NCBI GenBank assembly: GCA_964571325.1
Contig: CAZNBF010000002.1
Coordinates: 27,079-72,961, forward strand
From: an uncultured Acidimicrobium sp.
GTDB taxonomy: Bacteria > Actinomycetota > Acidimicrobiia > Acidimicrobiales > Ilumatobacteraceae
Reading direction: 5' to 3'
Length of the DNA: 45,883 nucleotides
The notes beneath the pieces are model-generated. The model did no database searches. It was not told where the DNA came from and saw only the letters and a program-made list of their open reading frames with translations. Below, one piece after another: positions 30,825-39,031 of the stretch. The number at the start of each line of letters is the position of its first letter. Positions within the stretch are counted from its first letter, which is position 1. A program made the position numbers and the translations under genes.

Positions 30825-31748
30825 ATGCTCGCGTCTTTACCGATCACGCGCCCTAGGCAAATAATTTTCTTTGGAACTCCCGATGTCGCTGTCGGTCCAT
30901 TGCGCTCGTTGGTTGCTGCAGGTCTCCCTGTCGCTTTGGTTGTCACGGGTGAGGACAAGCGCCGCGGCCGGGGTAGTGACGTCTCGCCGAATCCCGTCAA
31001 AGCTGCTGCGAACGAGTTGGGAATACCAGTCTCGCATCAGGTTTCCGATGCGATCGAATTTGCCAAGAATCAACCCGAGACTCTCGGAGTTGTCGTTGCG
31101 TTTGGCCATATTTTCAATGATGAGGCCTTGGCCGTATTGCCAATGATCAACATTCATTACTCCCTGTTGCCCAGGTGGCGCGGAGCAGCGCCCGTCGAGC
31201 GAGCCATTTTGGAGGGCGATCGTGAAACGGGCGTTTCTATAATCCAAGTTGCCCAACAGTTGGATGCAGGCAACATCATTGTCCAGGCCGCCACAAATAT
31301 TTCGCAAACCGAATCACTTGCGGAGCTTCGGTCAAGGCTTGAAATTTTGGCGGAGCCTCTACTACTGGAAGTTTGTTTGAACGGTGTTGGCAACGTTCAC
31401 CCACAAGAGGGTGAACCCGTTATGGCAAGGAAGATTTCATCATCCGATGTTCGTTTGGTTTTCTCGGGCTCGGCGGAGCATGTATGTAGACAAGTCCGCG
31501 TTGGCGGTGCCTTTTCGCATATCAAAGGCAAGCGAATAAAAGTGCTGGCTGCAGAGCTTGCGTCGGGCGTAACGCTTGGCGCTGGGGAAATTCATCTCGT
31601 CAACGGCGAAGTGATGGTTGGCTGTGGCGAAGGTGCAGTTCATTTGCAGACTATTCAAGTTGAAGGCAAGCCCAGTTCGGATGCTTCGAGTTGGTTCAAC
31701 GGTGCGCGGATAAACGTGGGGGAGCGATTTGATGAGCAACAGCAGTAA
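30825..31748 (+). CDS. fmt: Methionyl-tRNA formyltransferase
   Basis: 307 aa with FFGTPDVAV and HYSLLPRWRGAAPVERAIL. It lies immediately downstream of def. Confidence 0.92.
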   Translation: MLASLPITRPRQIIFFGTPDVAVGPLRSLVAAGLPVALVVTGEDKRRGRGSDVSPNPVKAAANELGIPVSHQVSDAIEFAKNQPETLGVVVAFGHIFNDEALAVLPMINIHYSLLPRWRGAAPVERAILEGDRETGVSIIQVAQQLDAGNIIVQAATNISQTESLAELRSRLEILAEPLLLEVCLNGVGNVHPQEGEPVMARKISSSDVRLVFSGSAEHVCRQVRVGGAFSHIKGKRIKVLAAELASGVTLGAGEIHLVNGEVMVGCGEGAVHLQTIQVEGKPSSDASSWFNGARINVGERFDEQQQ

Positions 31749-31944
31749 TCACCTAATTGGCAATGTCGTCGAGTTTGATCACCACCGAGGTTTGGGGGCG
31801 GTCGAGTCAGAGGACATTCGTTATGTATTTCACTGCGCAGAGATCACTGATGAAACCCGAGATATTGCAATCGGAGCTCCCATTTCATTTGTGCCAGTCG
31901 AGCGTTTCGGTCTGCTCGAGGCGAGCCAAATCGTCAAGCTCTAG
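31732..31944 (+). CDS. Small cold-shock-domain-like protein (degenerate RNP motifs)
   Basis: 70 aa. GNVVEFDHHRGLGAVESEDIRYVFHCAEI follows the GxVxxFxxxKGFGFIxxxxGxDxFxH spacing of cold-shock domains but lacks the aromatic RNP1 residues. SD GGGGGAG lies 7 nt upstream of ATG 31732. Confidence 0.5.
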   Translation: MSNSSNHLIGNVVEFDHHRGLGAVESEDIRYVFHCAEITDETRDIAIGAPISFVPVERFGLLEASQIVKL

Positions 31945-32336
31945 TTGATCAGTGGCACGGCGTTGTCTATGACGCCCTTGATTTGCACAAAGGCAAGTCG
32001 GATGTTTCCAAGTGCATCTTGCAATGTTTTGTACTCATCGCCCAAACGGGCACCAAGCCCCTCAACGATGCAGGCGACTGCGTCGATTGCCAATGCCGCC
32101 TCTTCAAGCCTTGGAGGCTCGGCCGAAAGATGAATCGCGGCCAATTCGTACAGTCCCATTACATGATTGACAACAACTATGTTCGCTGGAGCCTCTGCAA
32201 TACGCTGTCTGGTTTCGGCGAGAGCCGCAAGCGCCTCTTCGGATTCTGGGTCAATTTCGTGTGGTGTTGGATCCTGATTCACCTGCGCTACGCTAATAGC
32301 CCAAGTGGGGAACTCGTTTCCCCCACCTAACCACAA
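31941..32336 (-). CDS. Hypothetical acidic protein, DUF1844-like; start uncertain
   Basis: 131 aa ORF. The segment VVNHVMGLYELAAIHL...LEEAALAIDAVACIVEGLGARLG...LRLAFVQ resembles DUF1844 proteins, which I recall as divergent neighbours of infC in actinobacteria. TTG 32336 and GTG 32282 are alternative starts. Confidence 0.5.
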   Translation of the reverse strand: MWLGGGNEFPTWAISVAQVNQDPTPHEIDPESEEALAALAETRQRIAEAPANIVVVNHVMGLYELAAIHLSAEPPRLEEAALAIDAVACIVEGLGARLGDEYKTLQDALGNIRLAFVQIKGVIDNAVPLIN

Positions 32337-32502
32337 ATTCTCAGCACATCGTCGTTCCTTTAGGAGCGGTTTGGCTGGCTAGTGCGTTTGGGTCTCGTAT
32401 GCGCTTTTGCGCGTATTGGCCCGTCCGCGCGCCTGCGAAACCCTCTTTCGGGTACGGCTCCACACACAGGAGGCCACGCCACTTGCACAAGAAAGTAAAG
32501 CC

Positions 32503-33135
32503 ATAGCACCGCCAATCAACGAGCCTCGTTACAACGAGCGAATTCGCGCACGCGAAGTTCGTCTCGTAGACGCCGATGGTTCACAAGTTGGAGTCGTGAG
32601 CATTGCCGACGCACTCGAAAGAGCGCGAGTAGCAGAGCTTGATTTAGTAGAAGTTGCAGCACAAGCAGATCCGCCCGTATGTCGAATTATGGATTACGGA
32701 AAGTTCCGCTACGAAGAATCGCAACGTCTAAAAGAATCGCGCAAGAAAACTGTGCAGATCACGATGAAGGAAGTCAAATTCCGTCCAAAGATTGGCAAAG
32801 GCGATTTCGATACCAAGGTGCGTCACATGCACGAGTTCCTCGGAGAGGGGCACAAAGTGAAGGTGACGTTGCAGTTCCGTGGTCGTGAAGTTGCTCACCC
32901 CGAGCTTGGCCGAAAGATTTTGGATGCAGTTATCGAACAGCTTGGACCAATTGCCCGCGTCGACACCATGGCGCGTCTTGAAGGTCGAAACATGACGATG
33001 GTGCTTTCACCAGAGAAAAAAACAACCAAGAAACCGACCACACAGCAACCGACACAGAAGGCAGCCCCTGAACCGGCTCCTGCGGTCGTCACCTCACCGG
33101 TGGCAACAGTGTCTGAAGCTCCAGTGGCCGAATAA
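32503..33135 (+). CDS. infC: Translation initiation factor IF-3; start uncertain and probably non-canonical
   Basis: Contains NERIRAREVRLVDADGSQVGVVSIADALERA and the C-domain KEVKFRPKIGKGDFDTK. The only canonical starts (TTG 32407 and 32416) lie about 30 codons upstream of the usual N-terminus and upstream of a strong AGGAGG at 32468-32473. ATA 32503 and ATC 32515 are candidates. Confidence 0.85.
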   Translation: MAPPINEPRYNERIRAREVRLVDADGSQVGVVSIADALERARVAELDLVEVAAQADPPVCRIMDYGKFRYEESQRLKESRKKTVQITMKEVKFRPKIGKGDFDTKVRHMHEFLGEGHKVKVTLQFRGREVAHPELGRKILDAVIEQLGPIARVDTMARLEGRNMTMVLSPEKKTTKKPTTQQPTQKAAPEPAPAVVTSPVATVSEAPVAE

Positions 33136-33160
33136 CTCAACTAGATAAGAGGAGCAAACA

Positions 33161-33358
33161 ATGCCAAAGATGAAGACCTCAAAGACCGCTGCGAAGCGCT
33201 TTAAGTTCACAGGAACGGGAAAGCTGCGTCGCCAGCAGTCAATGCGCCAGCACTTGTTCGAGCACAAAGCATCAACACGTACCCGTCGTCTCGACGGAAA
33301 CGTTGATGTTCACTCGGGCGACGTAAAGCGCATCAAGCGCTGCCTAGGCCTCCGTTAA
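33161..33358 (+). CDS. rpmI: 50S ribosomal protein L35
   Basis: 65 aa beginning MPKMKTSKTAAKRFKFTGTGKLRR, with SD AGGAG upstream. Confidence 0.95.
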   Translation: MPKMKTSKTAAKRFKFTGTGKLRRQQSMRQHLFEHKASTRTRRLDGNVDVHSGDVKRIKRCLGLR

Positions 33359-33409
33359 ATCACCAAATCACTCTGACTACGACAAAAAACTATTTGAAAG
33401 GATGTTGAC

Positions 33410-33766
33410 ATGGCACGTGTAAAACGCGCAGTACATGCAAGAAAAAAGCACAAAGCGATTCTCGAAAAGGCGAAGGGATACTACGGAGACCGTAGCCGTA
33501 CCTTCCGCTCCGCAAACGAACAGGTATTGCACTCGGGTCAATACGCTTTCCGTGACCGTCGCGCGAAGAAGGGCGAATTCCGCAGCCTGTGGATCCAGCG
33601 CATCAATGCTGGATGTCGTCAGAATGACTTTTCGTACAGTCGGCTTATCGCAGGTTTGACGAAGGCAGGGGTCACGGTCGATCGCAAGATTTTGGCCGAC
33701 CTCGCTGTGCATGATGCAGCTGCTTTCGCGAAGATCGTAGAAACCGCAAAGGGAGCACTCGTCTGA
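33410..33766 (+). CDS. rplT: 50S ribosomal protein L20
   Basis: 118 aa beginning [15 protein letters not shown]. Confidence 0.95.
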   Translation: MARVKRAVHARKKHKAILEKAKGYYGDRSRTFRSANEQVLHSGQYAFRDRRAKKGEFRSLWIQRINAGCRQNDFSYSRLIAGLTKAGVTVDRKILADLAVHDAAAFAKIVETAKGALV

Positions 33767-34530
33767 GCGACGCTCGACTCGGTTTCACACATCCACGAGT
33801 ACAACGACTGCGGCGCCTGTTAGGGCGCCGCAGTGCTCGTATTGAGGAAGAGTGTTTCGTAATTGAAGGTCACGTCCTCATTGCCGAAGCCATCAGCGCC
33901 GGATGGAAGATAGAGGAGCAGTTCATTGCCCCGGGTGGCCTGGCTGTACTTGGTACGGATGCTCGAACGTTTGATCTGGAGAACGGTGTGATGGAGAGGG
34001 TCGCGAGCACGACTACGCCTCAGCCGGTTATTGCAATCGCGGAGCGTCGTAGTAGCGGTCTTGCTGCCGTGAAGGGCGCCAATTGGGTAGTCATCGCCGA
34101 TCGAATCAGTGATCCAGGCAATCTGGGCACCATTCTTCGTTCTGCAGAAGCAGCTGGCGTTTCAGCTGTGGTGCTTACCCCTGGAACGGTTGAGGCATTT
34201 AATCCAAAGGTGGTTCGTGCCTCGGCAGGTGCGATGTTCCACGTTCCGATTATCGAGGATGTCTCAGTTGAAGAGATCAGAGATAACGGATTTAAGGTCT
34301 TTGGAACCTCGTCCCATGATCAGCAGGGAAGTATCGATTTCACTACTGCAGATCTGACAGGAAAGATTGCTCTGCTAGTCGGTAACGAGGCTCATGGCTT
34401 GGACGACAACGCCTCGGTAGATGCCTGGCTCACAATTCCGCATCGGGGTAGGAGCGAGAGCCTCAATGTTGCAATGGCATGCACTCTCGTTTGTTTCGAG
34501 GCGGCACGGCAGCGTGAAGGTGTTATTTAA
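33763..34530 (+). CDS. TrmH/SpoU-family RNA 2'-O-methyltransferase (RlmB/TsnR-like) with an N-terminal substrate-binding domain; apparent CTG start
   Basis: The SpoU motifs are [31 protein letters not shown] and [15 protein letters not shown]. Frame 1 is open from 33715 and encodes [35 protein letters not shown] upstream of the first canonical start (GTG 33988). Confidence 0.8.
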   Translation: MSDARLGFTHPRVQRLRRLLGRRSARIEEECFVIEGHVLIAEAISAGWKIEEQFIAPGGLAVLGTDARTFDLENGVMERVASTTTPQPVIAIAERRSSGLAAVKGANWVVIADRISDPGNLGTILRSAEAAGVSAVVLTPGTVEAFNPKVVRASAGAMFHVPIIEDVSVEEIRDNGFKVFGTSSHDQQGSIDFTTADLTGKIALLVGNEAHGLDDNASVDAWLTIPHRGRSESLNVAMACTLVCFEAARQREGVI

Positions 34531-34571
34531 CCCAGTTTTTATAGGTCGAGCGACTAGCGTAAATAACTGAA

Positions 34572-35603
34572 ATGTCTGCCTCTCCGTTGTCTACAAAGAT
34601 TACTGAAGTGCAAGAGTCTGCACTTGCGGCGATTGCAAAATCCGTTGACGCGTCGTCGCTCAAGGTTCTGCAAACTGAAATTTTCGGGAAAAAGTCGGAA
34701 ATTGCCTCATTGAGGGCCCAATTAGGGAAGATCGCCGATCCAGAAGAGCGTAAATCTGCTGGGCAATTCATCAATGGTTGCGTCGAATTGATTGAGGCTG
34801 CGATTGGCGATCGAATGCAGTCACTTTTGTCTGCTGAACGATCTGCCCAAGTGTCATCCGAGCGCATGGATTTGTCCGAGTTTCTCACGGTGAAACGTAG
34901 GGGAACTACGCACATCGTGACTCAGGCAACCGAACGATTGGAAGACGTTTTCATCGGACTCGGATTCCAGATTGCTGAAGGACCAGAGGTTGAAACCGAC
35001 TTCTACAACTTCGAGGCATTGAATATGCCGAAAACACACCCTGCTAGGAGTGAGTTCGACACGATGTTCATCGAGCCAAGTTCTCCCTCGCAAGAAACCA
35101 ATTCGGTACTCCTCCGAACGCATACCTCACCGGTCCAAATTCGCGTGATGCAGGATTGGAAACCACCGATATATGCGGTGATGCCTGGAAGAGTGTTTCG
35201 ACGTGACACGCCTGATGCAACACACATGCCAGTGTTTCATCAAATTGAGGGAATGGTGATTGACAAAGGAATCACTTTCGCTCATCTGGCCGGCATCATT
35301 GAAGCATTCACGAAAGCCTTTTTCGGTTCAGACTTTACGAGTAGGTTGCGCCCATCTTTTTTCCCCTTCACCGAGCCAAGCGCCGAGTTCGATATTCGTC
35401 GTGCGAATGGTGCATGGATCGAGTTGGGTGGCTGCGGAATGATGCATCCCAATGTTCTTGCTGCCGGTGGTATCGACCCCGAGGAGTACACAGGATTTGC
35501 CTTTGGTTTCGGTATCGATCGCATGGCCAAAGAGCGTCACAATGTTGAGGACATTCGCGAGATGTACACAAATGACCTTCGTTTTTTGAGGCAGTTCTCG
35601 TGA
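34572..35603 (+). CDS. pheS: Phenylalanine--tRNA ligase alpha subunit
   Basis: 343 aa with class II motifs FRRDTPDATHMPVFHQIEG and GFAFGFGIDRM. Confidence 0.95.
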   Translation: MSASPLSTKITEVQESALAAIAKSVDASSLKVLQTEIFGKKSEIASLRAQLGKIADPEERKSAGQFINGCVELIEAAIGDRMQSLLSAERSAQVSSERMDLSEFLTVKRRGTTHIVTQATERLEDVFIGLGFQIAEGPEVETDFYNFEALNMPKTHPARSEFDTMFIEPSSPSQETNSVLLRTHTSPVQIRVMQDWKPPIYAVMPGRVFRRDTPDATHMPVFHQIEGMVIDKGITFAHLAGIIEAFTKAFFGSDFTSRLRPSFFPFTEPSAEFDIRRANGAWIELGGCGMMHPNVLAAGGIDPEEYTGFAFGFGIDRMAKERHNVEDIREMYTNDLRFLRQFS

Positions 35604-37957
35604 AGATTTCTCTCTCTTGGCTTAACGAGTTTGCAGACTTTGGGTCTGATGCCAACGTGATTGCAGAACGCTTGACCGAACTGGGCTTGGCAGTTGAGTC
35701 TGTTGAGTTTGTGGGGGCACCAGTAAAAGGGGTAGTTACGGCGAAGGTTCTTCGGTTGGAAAAGCACCCCGACGCCGCAAAAGTCACGCGTGTGTTCGTA
35801 GATGCTGGTGACGGTGTTGAACGCCACGTTTGGTGCGGTGCGACGAACATGACAGAGGGCGACGTGGTCCCACTTGCAACTCTTGGAACCTCAATGCCGG
35901 ATGGAAGAGTCATTTCACAGCGTGGAATTCTCGGCATTGATAGCGAGGGCATGTTGTGTTCCGGCACCGAGATCAATCTGAGCCAGGACGACAGTGGCCT
36001 GTTGATATTGCCTAGTAGCACGCCACTTGGGATAGATGTGTATGAAGCGATGGGTGTGCAGTCGGATGTCATTTTCGATCTTGATGTAACGCGCAACCGT
36101 CCCGACTGCACGGGCTATCTCGGGGTGGCTCGAGATCTTGCTGCTGGTTTGGCAAAGATCTGCAAGAAGCCTGCAACTGAGCTGGGCATTCTCGGCGCTC
36201 AGCTGACTGTGCCAGTTCAGATCCAGGCTCCAGATCGTTGCAGCCGTTTCACCGTTGTTGCTATGTCTGGAATAGTCATTACGAAGTCGCCAACTTGGAT
36301 AGAGCAAAGACTTTCTCGGGCAGGAATGAGATCCATCAACAATGTTGTAGACGTATCGAATCTCGTGAATCTTGAGCTCAATCAACCCAACCATGCATAC
36401 GACTTGCAGTCGGTGAGCGATGGTTTCATTGTTCGCATGGCGAGCAGCAACGAAGCATTCACCACGCTCGACGGAAATGATCGAATACTGGAAGCATCGG
36501 ATTTGGTAATAGCTGATGCGAAAAACACGCCTGTTGGCCTTGCCGGAATCATGGGCGGGTTGCATTCGGAAGTCACCGATTCAACTCATTCGATCGCACT
36601 TGAGATTGCGTACTTCGAACCCAATGCAATTCGCTCAACTGCGACTCGTCTCGCATTACGAACTGAGGCATCGCTTCGATTCGAACGCGGGGTAGACCCA
36701 TACGGAGCGAATGTGGCGGTAGCACGATTCGCCGAACTGCTCCGGATTACATGCCCTGATTTGATTGTCCATAGCGGTTCCACCGATGAACGCACGGATG
36801 CATTGCCTCCGCAAAATCGAATGTGCATTCTTCGCGCAAAGAGCGTGAAGAGAATATTGGGCATTGATTTTTCCGCTCAACAGATTGTGGATCTATTGAC
36901 GCCAATCGGTTTCGGCGTAACCGAAGTAGATGGCGGTGAGAGTTTCGAGATTTCCGTTCCCTCATGGCGCAATGATTGCACTTTGGAAATCGACCTAATT
37001 GAAGAGATCGCACGCCATTACGGATACGACAAATTGGGAAAGATCGTCCCAACTTCACCCGTGCACGGTCGGTTGTCCGAACTTCAACAGCGAAGAAGGT
37101 TGGTTCGGGAGATTGTTGTCTCTTTGGGGGCTAGCGAAGCAATGCCGAATCCATTTCTTGCCCCCGGCGAATTAGCAAAGGTTGGTCTGACTGAGGAAAA
37201 TGCGCTTCGGTTAGCAAATCCATTGGTGGCGGAGGAGAGCGTGCTTCGAACATCGTTGATTCCGGGGATGCTTAAGGCTGTCTCGTACAACCAGTCCCAT
37301 CGCAATCGTGACATCTCGCTGTTCGAAATAGGCCATGTCTACCCGCAGGGTTCACAGGTTCTGCCAGACGAGTTCGAATCACTCTGCATCATGGTTGCCG
37401 GTGCTGATGCTTCGGCCGCTGTAGATCTATGGAGTCAATTGTCGGCAGGCCTTTCAGTTGGTGCGCAGTTGTCGCAAGACAATCCACCGTCTGGATATCA
37501 CCAAACTCGCAGCGCTCAATTACGACGTGGGAAGGTTGTCCTTGGTTCGGTTGGCGAGATAGACCCAACTGTTCTCGCCAATTTCGGTGTTGTCGGAAGG
37601 GTGTCATGCGTGGAGGTAAACCTCTCGTTACTTCTGGCAGAATCACCTAAGCCTGCGGCGGCTCAAGTAGTCAGCAAGTACCCCTCCAGCGACTTCGATC
37701 TGGCCTTCGTGGTATCGGAGAAGGTAAGTGCGTCCACCATTCAGAAAGCCATTCGACAGGCTGCGGGCAACATTGTTGTTGATGTTGCCCTCTTCGACGT
37801 TTATCGAGGCAAAGGTGTGGCCGAGGATTCACGAAGCCTGGCGTTCCGAATCAGGTTGCAGGCGCCGGATCGCACGCTTACCGAAACCGAAGTGGCAGAA
37901 GCTCGGGCGAAAAGCATCGCCGCCGCCGAAAAGAACGGCGCAACCCTGAGGTCATAA
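35600..37957 (+). CDS. pheT: Phenylalanine--tRNA ligase beta subunit
   Basis: 785 aa with N-terminal tRNA-binding, B3/4, B5 and C-terminal FDX-ACB-like regions. GTGA overlap with pheS. Confidence 0.95.
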   Translation: MKISLSWLNEFADFGSDANVIAERLTELGLAVESVEFVGAPVKGVVTAKVLRLEKHPDAAKVTRVFVDAGDGVERHVWCGATNMTEGDVVPLATLGTSMPDGRVISQRGILGIDSEGMLCSGTEINLSQDDSGLLILPSSTPLGIDVYEAMGVQSDVIFDLDVTRNRPDCTGYLGVARDLAAGLAKICKKPATELGILGAQLTVPVQIQAPDRCSRFTVVAMSGIVITKSPTWIEQRLSRAGMRSINNVVDVSNLVNLELNQPNHAYDLQSVSDGFIVRMASSNEAFTTLDGNDRILEASDLVIADAKNTPVGLAGIMGGLHSEVTDSTHSIALEIAYFEPNAIRSTATRLALRTEASLRFERGVDPYGANVAVARFAELLRITCPDLIVHSGSTDERTDALPPQNRMCILRAKSVKRILGIDFSAQQIVDLLTPIGFGVTEVDGGESFEISVPSWRNDCTLEIDLIEEIARHYGYDKLGKIVPTSPVHGRLSELQQRRRLVREIVVSLGASEAMPNPFLAPGELAKVGLTEENALRLANPLVAEESVLRTSLIPGMLKAVSYNQSHRNRDISLFEIGHVYPQGSQVLPDEFESLCIMVAGADASAAVDLWSQLSAGLSVGAQLSQDNPPSGYHQTRSAQLRRGKVVLGSVGEIDPTVLANFGVVGRVSCVEVNLSLLLAESPKPAAAQVVSKYPSSDFDLAFVVSEKVSASTIQKAIRQAAGNIVVDVALFDVYRGKGVAEDSRSLAFRIRLQAPDRTLTETEVAEARAKSIAAAEKNGATLRS

Positions 37958-37972
37958 CAAGGGCAAATGATG

Positions 37973-38010
37973 GTTGCATAGTTATGCATCAGGTTGTATA
38001 ATTATGCAAT
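37973..38010 (+). promoter_or_regulatory. Tandem ARG boxes (candidate ArgR operator) overlapping the argC promoter and start codon
   Basis: Two 18-mers, GTTGCATAGTTATGCATC (37973-37990) and GTTGTATAATTATGCAAT (37993-38010), are separated by 2 bp. Each is a TGNAT-N4-ATGCA palindrome similar to the ARG-box consensus TNTGAATWWWWATTCANW. argR is encoded in the same cluster. Confidence 0.6.
37974..38002 (+). promoter_or_regulatory. Candidate argC promoter TTGCAT-N17-TATAAT, predicted to start transcription at or near the A of ATG 38009
   Basis: The -35-like TTGCAT lies at 37974-37979 and a perfect TATAAT at 37997-38002, with a 17-bp spacer. Six nt separate the -10 from the ATG, and no SD is present. 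Confidence 0.5.
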
Positions 38011-39031
38011 GCTAAATGTGGGAATTCTTGGGGCTTCAGGTTTCACGGGTGTCGAATTGCTGCGCTTATGCGCAGCACATCCGCATTTCAACGTGACCTA
38101 TGCGACGGGCGATACTCAAGCAGGAACATTGGCAAGGTCGCTATACCCATCTTTGTCGGCCAATTATCCAAACCTGGTTTTTGAAGAATTTATCCTTGAG
38201 AAGGCTTTGCAGTGTGACGTGCTCTTCTTGGCTCTCCCTCACGAAGCCTCACTGGAATTAGTGCCGCAGTTGTATAAGAAAGTGAAATTGGTCGTCGATT
38301 TGTCGGCTGCCTACCGGCTCAAGAATGCTTCCCTATATCCGAAGTGGTACGGGTTCGAACATACTCACGCAGACTTAATCGAACATGCCGTGTATGGCCT
38401 TCCTGAGATCAACAGGGAACAGCTCCGTTCGGCGCAGCTCATAGCAACTCCGGGCTGTTACGTAACCGCTGCAAGCCTCGCGCTGTCTCCTTTGGTGGCT
38501 GCGGGTGTCATCCAAGCAGAAGGCGTAATTGTCGATGCAGCCTCAGGCGTTTCCGGTGCCGGTAGGGCAGCGAAGAGTTCCAATTCGTTCAACACCGTCA
38601 ATGAAGATTTCGCTGCTTACGGGCTATTGGATCACCGTCACACTCCCGAGATAGAACAAGTAACTGGCGCCCAGATTCTGTTTACGCCGCATCTTGCCCC
38701 AATGAATCGTGGGATCTTTGCTACCTGTTACGCGAAGCCCGTTCATCAGTCGTCGCCTACGTCGGCCTCATTGGTCGCTGTTCTTGCTCGCACCTATGCG
38801 AATGAGAGTTTTGTTGTTGTTGGGCAGCAGATCCCATCGACAAAGGCAACTTTGGGTACAAACGTCACGCAATTGACGGCCCGTTTTGACGAACGCACGG
38901 GGTACGTAGTTGTTCTAGCTGCGTTAGACAATCTCACGAAGGGCGCATCAGGTGGTGCCGTCCAAGCAGCGAACGTTGCGCTGGGTTTGCCCGAAGAGAG
39001 TGGTTTGGCAAAGGTCGGTATGTTTCCATGA
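38009..39031 (+). CDS. argC: N-acetyl-gamma-glutamyl-phosphate reductase
   Basis: ATG 38009 gives MLNVGILGASGFTGVELLRL. The active-site context is ATPGCYVTAA. The tracked ORF starts at TTG 37994. Confidence 0.93.
   Translation: MLNVGILGASGFTGVELLRLCAAHPHFNVTYATGDTQAGTLARSLYPSLSANYPNLVFEEFILEKALQCDVLFLALPHEASLELVPQLYKKVKLVVDLSAAYRLKNASLYPKWYGFEHTHADLIEHAVYGLPEINREQLRSAQLIATPGCYVTAASLALSPLVAAGVIQAEGVIVDAASGVSGAGRAAKSSNSFNTVNEDFAAYGLLDHRHTPEIEQVTGAQILFTPHLAPMNRGIFATCYAKPVHQSSPTSASLVAVLARTYANESFVVVGQQIPSTKATLGTNVTQLTARFDERTGYVVVLAALDNLTKGASGGAVQAANVALGLPEESGLAKVGMFP

Noticed and set aside
32337-32470. A possible L20-binding regulatory leader or promoter upstream of infC. Small hairpins are present, such as GCGC-UUUU-GCGC and ACCC-UCUUUC-GGGU.
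   Set aside because: The helices are short, and I cannot match them to the L20 leader structure or to a convincing -35/-10 pair by eye. A covariance-model search would be needed.
33767-33987. An apparent 221-nt non-coding gap after rplT that could have hosted an sRNA, a terminator or a regulatory leader.
   Set aside because: Frame 1 is open across it and encodes the conserved N-terminal domain of the TrmH-family methyltransferase. It is coding sequence missed because of a non-canonical start.
34531-34571. Possible T-box leaders upstream of the aminoacyl-tRNA synthetase genes pheS, tyrS, alaS, hisS and aspS.
   Set aside because: The upstream gaps are 41, 9, 43, 0 and 4 nt respectively. T-box leaders need about 200 nt or more, and no specifier or T-box sequence was seen.
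35368-36111. Long antisense or alternative-frame ORFs of up to 247 aa. Examples: 35368-36111(-), 11419-12123(-), 4146-4865(-), 10143-10727(-), 7421-8002(-), 26185-26712(-), 16185-16916(+).
   Set aside because: Each lies wholly within or across strongly homology-supported genes on the other strand or frame. Their compositions are low-complexity (Arg/Ser/Pro/Ala-rich) with no recognisable motifs. They are typical shadow ORFs.
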